The position numbers and the translations under genes were made by a program. The notes under the pieces were generated by a model. The model had not been told where the DNA came from. It did not search any database and saw nothing but the letters and a program-made list of their open reading frames with translations. Shown here piece after piece: positions 13,708 through 23,805 of a stretch of 64,000 bases of DNA. The stretch covers positions 3,968,001 to 4,032,000 of the forward strand of contig NC_086098.1 in the NCBI RefSeq assembly GCF_963921235.1, given 5' to 3'. The stretch's first letter is position 1; each line of letters starts with the position of its first letter. The stretch is from Mobula hypostoma (taxonomy: Eukaryota).

Positions 13708-14029
13708 CACTTAAGCTGTTCTAATTAACTGGTAAAGACAGGACAACTGCCTATAAAGCTAGGCTGCTGTGTTCGACTCCAGCCATCAGTTGAATTGGTT
13801 CTGCACAACATTATGGGCTGAAGGGTCTTTTCCTATGCTGTTCCTATGTTCCATGTTTTGGCCTCTGCACTGAGAAACGTTTTTCTGACCTGCTACATCC
13901 TCAAGAATCATTCTTGGATTACCCAAATAATGTTTCTCTTCCATTTAACTACTTGGACTCCTGAATTGTGTGAACTAATTAAGTCATTATCCCATTATTT
14001 ATAATGGATTCAAGAATTTGCCAACAGCT

Positions 14030-14340
14030 AACACACACAAAATGTGAGAGGAACTCAGCAGGTCAGGCAGAGTGTATGGAAATGAATAAGCAGTCAACAT
14101 TTTGGGCTGAGACTTTTCTTCAGGACTGGAGAGGAAGGGGGGAAGACACCAGAGCAAAAAGGTGGGGGGAGAGGGAGGAGGACAAACTAGAAGGTGATAG
14201 GTGGGGGAGGGAGTGAAGTAAGAAACTGGGAAGTGATAGGTAGAAATGGTAAAGAGCTGCAGAGGAAGGAATCTGATAGGAGAGGAGAGTGGACCATGGG
14301 GCAAAGGGAAGGAGAAGGGGCACCAGGGGGAGATGAAAAG
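14030..14340 (-). mobile_element. Degenerate Penelope 3' UTR fragment
   Basis: Reverse complement resembles the pyrimidine-rich 3' UTR and terminal segment at 2520-2830. Confidence 0.65.
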
Positions 14341-14379
14341 ATTGAGTAACCACCTTAGTTTAGCAGGAAACTGGGTAAC

Positions 14380-15080
14380 TGCCTTTGTGAGAAAGGCTCG
14401 GATGAGTGTGATGGTGCCATTATTGTCCTAAACAAGTATTCATTAGTTTGAAGGAACTATTGAGAATAATCACAAGCAATCTCCTGCAGTTACAAATTGC
14501 CACTGCAGGCTATTGTAAATGGTTGAACAGAGATCATTTCACTGTGGTACACAGATCATATCAGCTCATATTAATGACTTCATTGGAGCTGCTGCGCTAT
14601 GCTAATGAAATGACCATCAACTGAAGACAGCATTTCACTTTGATCTTTGATCATTAACTCTGCTTTGTTGCGGGATGTGACTTTCATCTCAATACGAGCG
14701 CTTCCATCAAGCTGGTGGAGGCTAAAGTGCCAGCGCAACAAAGGGATATTTTCCAAAGATAAAGAAAATCTTCCTTTCTGCAAAAAAAGCAAAATGGCCT
14801 AATTTACCTTGGATTTTGCGTGACCCAAATATATCCCAACCCATTTCCTTTCAGTTTAATGTATTCTCCCTTATTTGTAAGTAGGTTGACTAGATAGTTG
14901 TGTTTTTTTTAAAACTAATGGATTTAAGAAATGTTTTTGTATTATCAATTTAACTGGTAAAGCACGAATTAACATCTTTGGAGTTACGCTAATTGACACA
15001 CTGTAAGATAGTTCAATGTTAGAGGGCCATTGACAGTATTTAACTGTAAATCCTCACGTCTCCTGGTCCTTTCAAACCTT
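14380..15080. promoter_or_regulatory. Unique intronic block, candidate conserved non-coding element
   Basis: No resemblance to the repeats of the window and no MMS22L-like coding. Contains TAAT/ATTA and ATTGT-type motifs. Conservation is untested. Confidence 0.35.
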
Positions 15081-15857
15081 GACATACAATTAGAGTTTTA
15101 ATTGAAAATTAGAATTGAACGGCACGATGTAGTGGGTATGGTTACCGAGGAAGGGCAAACGGGATCTGACCAGCATAAGTGCACAACTGAGTGGCAAGTA
15201 ACGCCAGGAAGAAAGCAACTAAACTTCTTTAATTACACAGTAATTAAATCTTCGCACACAAAATATATAATTGGTTACAGCAGATGAATACATGTCAAAC
15301 TATTCAGAATGATAATGAACAAATGAGGAGGTTAGCCGAGGAGGAGAGATTGAGTCGCCTGGGACTATACCCGCTGGGATTCAGGGGGACTAGAGGAGAC
15401 TTAATGGAATCCTGCAAAATAGTGAAGGAGATAAGACAGAGGCAAAAAAGTTGTTTTCACTGGTAAGTAAGACTCGAACGAGGAGACCTGGACTCAGGAT
15501 ATGGGGGAGCGCATTTAGGACAGGACAAATCAACAGCAAAACAACCCCAGATACTCTCGACCCCACCCCCCACCACTAAACCACACACACGGACAGTCTT
15601 CCAACTGCAGTATCCAGGTTTCAGCCAACGGGTTCCAAGTTCCAGACTTCCAACTGATCTTCGGGCTTGGACCATCAGTATCGACCACCTGACTGGCCAA
15701 TGACGGGATACCAAACGCCAGGTTTGAACCCATTCACACCCACTGACCGGCCGCTATGCCTCCTCTTAACTCCTGCTTACATGCACATCTGATCCTCAGC
15801 CCACCGACCCAGCGCAGCCCGATATCTGCGGATGTCCTTCACCACTGCTCTTTGAGC

Positions 15858-16091
15858 GTGAAGCAGAGGGCTGGAGTCCAGATGACTGTTATCTCCATGT
15901 CCACGTCACTGGGACGGAGGCCTGGACTCCAATTGACCGTTATCTCCATGTCCACATCACTGGGATGGAGGCCTGGACTCCAATTGACCGTTATCTCCAT
16001 GTCAACGTCGCTGGAAGCGGGGCCTGGACTCCAGATATCCGTTATCTCTGAGTCCACATCTCTGAAACAGAGGCCTGAACTCCAGATGTCC
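15858..16091. repeat. 51-bp minisatellite, about 4.5 units
   Basis: The unit CCTGGACTCCAATTGACCGTTATCTCCATGTCCACATCACTGGGATGGAGG recurs at 15870, 15921, 15972, 16023 and 16074, with the outer units more diverged. Confidence 0.9.
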
Positions 16092-16635
16092 TTCATTACA
16101 CATCATCGTCACTGGCCTTTGAGTGGGGGAGCCTCTAACTGCCCCGCATCCCTGTCCCCAAACCTTAATCTGATCTCGTGGCAGCATAATTGAGCTTTGA
16201 CCAGCAACCAATGTGCGTTTTGAATTGATTAGCAGAAGTAAATTAAAGGAGGGCGGGGCAAGCGTAGTGTCCATCATCTCAGTGGACAGAGTCAGAGTGG
16301 TGACATTGAGGCTTTAGCTCTTCGAGGCTTCAGTTAGAGGACGATCAATACCTCTCATTATCTTGTACACCTCTATCAGGTCACCTCTCATCCTCCGTCG
16401 CTCCAAGGAGAAAAGTAAGAGTAAGATCAGTTAGAGAAAGTAAGGAGGCATGGGATTCAAAGGGACATTGCTTTGTGGATCTAGAACTGGCTTGCCCACA
16501 GAAGGCAAAGAGTAGTTGTAGACGGGTCATATTCTGCATGGAGGTCAGTGACCAGTGGTGTGCCTCAGCGATCTGTCCTGGGACCCCTACTCTTTGTGAT
16601 TTTTATAAATGACCTGGATGAGCAAGTGGAGGGAT

Positions 16636-16983
16636 AGAAACATAGAAAACCTACAGCGCAATACAGATCCTTCGGCCTACAAAGTTGTGCCAAACATGTC
16701 CCTACCTTAGAAATTACTAGGCTTACCCATAGCCCTCTATTTTCCTAAGCTCCATGTACCTATCCAAAAGACCCTATCGTATCCAGCTCCACCACCATTG
16801 CTGACAGCAATCACCACTCTCTGAGTAAAAGACTTACCTCTGACATCTCCTCTGTACCTACTCCCCAGCACCTCAAACCTGTGTCCTCTTGTGGCAACCA
16901 TTTCAGCCCTGGGAAAAAGCCTCTGACAATCCACACGATCAATGCCTCTCATCATCTTATACACCTCTTATCAGGTCACCTCT
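16636..16983 (-). mobile_element. CR1 3' fragment nested in the CR1 at 16430-21100
   Basis: Begins with the reverse tail AGAAACATAGAAA and encodes YKMMRGIDRVD...RGHRF on the - strand. Confidence 0.8.
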
Positions 16984-17491
16984 GAAGGGTTAGTAAATTT
17001 GCTGATTACAGAAAGGTTGGGGGTGTTGTTGATAGTGTGGAGGTCTATCAGAGGTTACAGCGGGACATAGTTAGGATGCAAAACTGGGCTGAGGAGTGGC
17101 AGATGGAGTTCAACCCAGAGAAGTGTGAGGTGGTTCATTTTGGTAGGTCAAATATGATGGCAGAATATAGCATTAATGTTAAGACTGTTGGCAGTGTGGA
17201 GGATCAGAGGGATCTTGGGGTCCGAGTCCATAGGACGCTCAAAACAGCTGCGCAGGTTGACTCCGTGGTTAAGAAGGCATACAGAGCATTGTCCTTCATC
17301 AACCGTGGGATTAACTTTAAGTGCCAAGAGGTAATGTTGTAGCTATATAGGAACCTGGTCAGACCCAACTTGGAGTACTGTGCTCAATTCTGGTCGCCTC
17401 ACTACAGTAAGGATTTGGAAGCCATAGAAAGGGTGCAGCGGAGATCTACAAGGATGTTGCCTGGTTTGGGGAGCATGCCTTATGAGAATAG

Positions 17492-20400
17492 AAACCATAG
17501 AAAACCTACAGCACAGAAACAGGCCTTTTGGCCCTTCTTGGCTGTGCCGAACCATTTTCTGCCTAGTCCCACTGACCTGCACACGAACCATATCCCTCCA
17601 TACACCTCCCATCCATGTATTTGTCCAATTTATTCTTAAATGTTAAAAAAGAACCCGCATTTACTACCTCGTCTGGCAGCTCATTCCATACTCCCACCAC
17701 TCTCTGTGTGAAGAAGCCTAATGTTCCCTTTAAACTTTTCCCCCCTCACCCTTAACCCATGTCCTCTGGTTTTTTTCTCCCTTGCCTCAGTGGAAAAAGC
17801 CTGCTTGCATTCACTCTATCTATACCCACCATAATTTTATATACCTCTATCAAATCTCCCCTCATTCTTCTACGCTCCAGGGAATAAAGTCCTAACCTAT
17901 TCAACCTTCCTCTGTAACTCAGTTTCTCAAGTCCCAGCAACATCCTTGTAAACCTTCTCTGCACTCTTTCAACCTTATTTATATCCTTCCTGTAATCTGG
18001 TGACCAAAACTGAACACAATACTCCAGATTCGGCCTCACTAATGCCTTATACAACCTCATCATAACATTCCAGCTCTTATACTCAATACCTTGATTAATA
18101 AAGGCCAATGTACCAAAAGCTCTCTTTACGACCCTATCTACCTGTGACGCCACTTTTAGGGAATTTTGTATCTGTATTCCCAGATCCCTCTGTTCTACTG
18201 CACTCCTCAGTGCCTTACCATTAACCCTGTATGTTCTACATTGGTTTGTCCTTCCAACGTGCAATACCTCACACTTGTCTGTATTAAACTCCATCTGCCA
18301 TTTTTCAGCCCATTTTTCCAGCTGGTCCAAGTCCCTCTGCAGGCTCTGAAAACCTTCCTCACTGTCTACTACACCTCCAATCTTTGTATCATCAGCAAAT
18401 TTGCTGATCCAATTTACCACATTATCATCCAGATCATTGATATAGATGACAAGTAACAATGGACCCAGCACTGATCCCTGTGGCACACCACTAGTCACAG
18501 GCCTCCACTCGGAGAAGCAATTCTCTACTACCACTCTTTGGCTTCTTCCATTGAGCCAATGTCTAATCCAATTTACCACCTCTCCATGTATACCTAGCGA
18601 CTGAATTTTCCTAACTAACCTCCCATGCGGGACCTACCGATCATATCTTTGCCAGAGAACAACCTGTCCCAATCCACGCTTTTTAGATCCTTTCTCATTT
18701 CTTCAGATTTGGCCTTCTTCCAGTGAAGAACCTCAACCCTAGGACCAGATCTATCCTTGTCCATGATCAAGTTGAAACTAATGGTGTTATGATCACTGGA
18801 ACCAAAGTGCTTTCCTACACAGACTTCCGTCACTTGTCCTAACTCGTTTCCTAACAGGAGATCCAATATTGCATCCCCTCTAGTTGGTCCCTCTATATAT
18901 TGATTTAGAAGACTTTCCTGAACACATTTTACAAACTCTAAACCATCTAGACCCCTAACAGTATGGGAGTCCCAATCAATATATGGAAAATTAAAATCCC
19001 CTACCACCACAACTTTATGTTTCCTGCAGTTGCCTGCTATCCCTCTGCAGATTTGCTCCTCCAATTCTCGTTGACTATTGGGTGGTCTGTAATACAATTC
19101 CACTAATGTGGCCATACCTTTCCTGTTTCTCATCTCCACCCATAAGGACTCAGTAGACAAGCCCTCTAATCTGTCCTGCCTGAGCACTGCTGTAATATTT
19201 TCCCTAACAAGCAATGCTGCTCCCCCACCTTTCATTCCTCTGCCTCGATCACATCTGAAACATCGGAACCCTGGAATATTAAGCTGCCAGTCCTGCCCCT
19301 CCTGTAGCCAAGTTTCACTAATTGCTGTAACGTCATAATTTCACGTGTCAATCCACGCCCTCAACTCATCCGCCTTCCCCGCAATACTCCGAGCATTGAA
19401 ATATATACACCTCAGAAGATTTTTACCACCACTCACAACCTTTCTATTAGCGGATTTGCTTGAACTTTTAACATCATTTATTTTCACCCCAGCCACACTG
19501 TCAGCTCTGGCACTCTGGTTCCCATCCCCCTGCAAATCTAGTTTAAAGCCTCCCCAATAGCACTAACAAACCTCCCTGAAAGGATATTGGTCCCCCTGTG
19601 GTTCAAGTGTAACCCGTCTCTCTTGTACAGGTCCCACCTGCCCCAGAAGAGGTCCCAATGATCCTGAAATCTGAAACCTTGCCTCCTACACCAATTCCTC
19701 AGCCACTTGTTCATCCTCCAGAGCATCCTATTCTTACCCTCACTGGCACCTAGCACAGGTAGCAATCCTGAGATTACCACCCTCAAGGTCCTGCTTTTCA
19801 ACTTCCTACCAAGCTCTCTATACTCACTCTCCAGGACCTCCTCGTTCCTCCTTGCTATGTCATTGGTACCGATGTGTACCACGACATCTGGCTGATCACC
19901 CTCCCACTTCAGAATGTCATGCAAGCGATCAGAGACATCCTTGACCCTGGCACCCGGGAGGCAACAAACCATCCTGGATTCTCTGTCACAACCACAGAAC
20001 CTCCTACCTGCACCTCTAACTATCGAGTCCCCTATCATTACCGCTCTCCTCTTTTTCCACCCTCCCTTCTGCACTGCAGAGCCAGACTCAGTGCCAGAGA
20101 TCCAGCTACTGCAGCTTGTCCCAGGTAAGTCATTCCCCCTCCCCCCCCGCCCGCAACAGTATCCAATGAGGTATACTTGTTGAGGGGAATGGCCACAGGG
20201 GAACCCTGCTCTGCCTGCCCTTTCCTCTTCCTTCACCTGACAGTGACCCAATTTCCTGTCCTCTGCTCCTTTGGCGTAACTACCTCCCTGTAGCTACTAT
20301 CTATAATCTCCTCATTCTCCCGAACGATCCGCAAGTCATCCAGCTCCTGCTCCAGTTCCCTAACGCGGTTTGTTAGGAAGCTGCAGCTGGATGCACTTCT

Positions 20401-20712
20401 TGCAGGTGTCGTTGTCAGGGACACCAGAGGGCTCCCTGACTTCCCACATCATGCAAGAGGAGCATTCCAACATCCTGCCTGGCATTCTCTCTACTCTAAA
20501 CAATCTGAACAAAAAATTTATCGGAACCTACCATGGCTTCTGCCTGTTCTCACCGAAGCCTGTTGAGCCAAAGCTGTCCCACTCTGACTCAGTCCACTCC
20601 GACGATGGCCGCTGTATATGGTGGTCTGCTTTTAAACCTCGGCGCACGACGTCACGCGCCTGCGCAGTGCAGACCCTTCTCCCCGAGCAGTGTTTTAAAA
20701 AAAACGACTTTT
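17492..20712 (-). mobile_element. CR1 LINE with 5' UTR, ORF1 (Zn finger + esterase), endonuclease and RT C-terminus; central ORF2 deleted
   Basis: ORFs 19538-20251, 18615-19235 and 17752-18579. Endonuclease-linker sequence joins directly to mid-RT at about 18635. AATAG duplication at 17487-17491 / 20713-20717. Confidence 0.88.
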
Positions 20713-21099
20713 AATAGCTTGAGTGAATTTGGCCTTTTCTCTTTGGAGCGACGGAGGATGAGAGGTATAAAATTGATTGAGTAGATTGTCAGAGGTTTTT
20801 TCCCAGGGCTGAAATGGCTAACATGAGAGGGCAGAGTTTTAGGGTGCTTGAAAGTAAGTACAGAGGAGAATGTCAGGGGTAAGTTTTTTACACAGAGAGT
20901 GGTGAGTGCGTGGAATGGGCTGCCACTGGCGGTGGTAGAGGCGGAAACGATGGGGTCTTTTAGGAGACTCCTGGATGGCTACATGGATCTAGAAAAGTAG
21001 AGGGCTATGGGTAAGCCTGAGTAGGTCTAAGATTAGGACATGTTCGGCACAGCTTTGTGGGCCGTAGGGCCTCTATTGTGCTGTATGCTTTCTATGTTT

Positions 21100-21480
21100 C
21101 TAGAGAAAGCAAAGAAAAGAAAAGCTTATGATTAAGTTTTTTCCTTCTCTTCTTTATATCTGCTCAATTAGGACAGTAGAGATGCCAGGCAGGATAGTGA
21201 ACTGCTCCTCTGTGGGATGTGGGAAGACAGAGAGACCTCCAGTGTCCCTGACAACTACAACTGTGAGAAGTACATCTAGCTGCAGCTTCTAACAAACTGT
21301 GTTGAGTTGGAACTGGAACTGGATGAACTCCAGATCATTCAGGAGGCTGACGGGTGATAGGTAGGACATTCAGGGAGGTAGTTACACCCAAGGTGCAGGA
21401 CACAGGAAACTGGGTGACAGTCAGGAAGGAGAAAGGCATTAAGGAGCCAGTGCAGAGTACCCCTGTAGCCATCCCCTTTG
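21100..21480 (+). mobile_element. CR1 5' UTR/ORF1 N-terminal fragment
   Basis: Similar to the ORF1 start of the element at 17492-20712 (Cys cluster, LELELDEL, FREVVTPK, NWVTVR). Confidence 0.65.
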
Positions 21481-22330
21481 GCAACAGATTTTTGTCTGCC
21501 ATGCGATTTAAATATTGAGCATTTAATTCAATGTTGTTTGTTTATTTTCTGGATCGTCTGTGCGCTAATAGGAAAATGTAGCGAAGCGTGGAGATATGTT
21601 TTATCCAAAGGTGAGCAACATCTGCCCACACACGCACAAAATGCTGGTGAACGCAGCAGGCCAGGTAGCATCTATAGGAAGCGGTACAGTCGACGTTTCG
21701 GGCTGAGACCCTTCGTGACGACTACAGCCCACTACACCCTAGCTATATGTATGTGCAAAGGACTTTTGCACAGCGCTGTATATGTTTAAGAAGTCCTAAA
21801 CATTTAGAAAGCCTGAGTAATCCTCACTCATCAGAGCTTGTTGTACGACTAACCTGAAATGAGAACACTTGTTCAAAAAATTCGGAATCCAAATACGTAA
21901 TATCATTTCAAACTAGCAGCAGTGGCAATAAGAAGAATGCAATTAGGTTGTAAAGTGGAGTTCAAACAATGTACAAAACCGTCACTGAACCAGATTTCTG
22001 TCAAGTTAATAAAATAGTCTTTAATAAAATTCTCTGAAATATCTTAGCAATTTTCAAAGCATATGAAATAATCCCACCACCACTACAGCCACATCACCTA
22101 ATGAAATTTTATGTAGATACAGTCAGTCTGTATATCACAGTTATGTGTACATTGTGTTTCATAGGATTGCTTTTATATATATATTTATTGTGTTTTTATT
22201 GTGTACTTTATGCTTATTGTGTTTTTTATGCTACATCGGATCCAGAGTAACAATCGTTTTGTTCTCCTTTACAGTTGTGTACTGAAGAATAACAAAAAAC
22301 AAACTTAAATCTTGAATTTTTCCTTTGCAG

Positions 22331-22500
22331 GCTGCATTGTCAAGCACTGGGCTCTGATACTGGCCACTTCAAAGTCTCAACAATTCTTGTTCCGGATTAT
22401 TGATCGTCTGTTATTGCCACATACGCTGTTTCAGCAGGGAACAGAACTGCCCCCAGCACTGCTATCGGCCATTCGAGATAACTTGCCATTATATCTACAA
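22331..22500 (+). CDS. MMS22L: MMS22L internal coding exon (170 nt, phase 1 to 0)
   Basis: Acceptor tcctttgcag, donor gtaagc. Encodes GCIVKHWALILATSKSQQFLFRIIDRLLLPH...LPPALLSAIRDNLPLYLQ, matching the vertebrate MMS22L C-terminal region as recalled. Confidence 0.93.
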
Positions 22501-23805
22501 GTAAGCACCATCACACCACTTCAGGATGTCCTGAGAGCTTTGTTTTTTCAACAGATGCCTTTTTCATGTTTCATTTCTTTATGTTGATGGCATTCTGAGT
22601 GCTTGTGTTTTTCTTTAAAAATCTTACAATCTCCTTGGTGTTGCGAATTTGTCAGAAATATGGTGCCAGGTCAGGATGGACAGAGTCCAAACAATGGGGT
22701 ATTTCTTCTTTTCCTAAAAAGTAGAACCAGTGTTTCTTGACTGTCGGGCCAGGATTAGGGGGAATGGAACTGGTGCTGTAGTTTTCCACCTTGTTTTCCA
22801 AATGTTAATTCCCATTTTCTGTTCTCAGCTCTGGCCAGACCTCCAGCTCTGACTTTGGCTTCATTCTTTCTTGATTTGAGCCACTGTGAAGGCATAAAGT
22901 TACCATATATTACAAAAGTAAAATAGTATGAAAATTAATAAATAGTGAAATGAAGTAAACTCAGCCAACTCCATCATGGACACCAGCCTCCCCAGCATCC
23001 AGGACACTTTCGAAAGGCCATGTTTCAGAAAGGCGGCATCCATCATTAAGGACCCCCATCATGCAGGGCAGGCCCTCTTCTCATTGCTGCCCTCAGGGAG
23101 GAGGAACAGGAGCCTGAAGGCACACACTCACTGATTCAGGGAGGTGAGGTAGTGTTTATGGGTTCATGGACCATTCAGAAAACTGATGATGGAGAGGAAG
23201 AAGCTGTTTCTAAATGATAGAGTCTCTCGGCTCCTGTAGTAGTGAGAAGAGGACATGGATTGATGGGTGTTGCCTTCTTGACACGCTGCTTGTTGTAGAA
23301 CATAGAACATTACAGCAGAAATCAGGCCCTTCAGCCCATAAGCTTGTGCTGACCTTTTAACCTACTCCAAAATCAATCTAACTCTTCCCCCCTACATAAC
23401 CCACCGTGTTTCTTTCATCCATGTGCCATTCTAAGAGTCTCCAAAATGTTTCTAATGAATCTGCCCCTGTCATCACCATGTGTTCCACACACCCATCACT
23501 ATATGTGTAAAAAAAACTTACCTCTGACATCCCTCCCCTCCCCCAGTACTTTCCTCCAGTTTTCTCTAGTCACCTCAAAATTATGCACCCCCTTCTATTA
23601 GACTTTTCCGCCCTGGGGGAAGTTTCTGCCTGTCCACTCCATCTATACCTCTTATCATCTTGTACACCTCCATCAAGTTACCTCTCATCCTCCTTCACTC
23701 CCAAGAAAAAAGTGCAGCCTCATTCAACCTATAAGTAATACTTTCTAATCCAGGCGTCATGCTGGTGACTCTCCTCTTCATGCTCTCTCTTTCTTTTTTT
23801 GCATT

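Larger units (their letters stand above)
16430..21100 (+). mobile_element. 5'-truncated CR1 LINE interrupted by two antisense CR1 insertions
   Basis: RT segments at 16430-16635, 16985-17491 and 20713-21100 are colinear. The element ends in a TTCTATGT-type tail. Confidence 0.8.

Noticed and set aside
15858..16091. CRISPR-like array or repeat-protein gene
   Set aside because: The units are contiguous with no unique spacers, the context is a eukaryotic intron, and no splice or start context supports coding.
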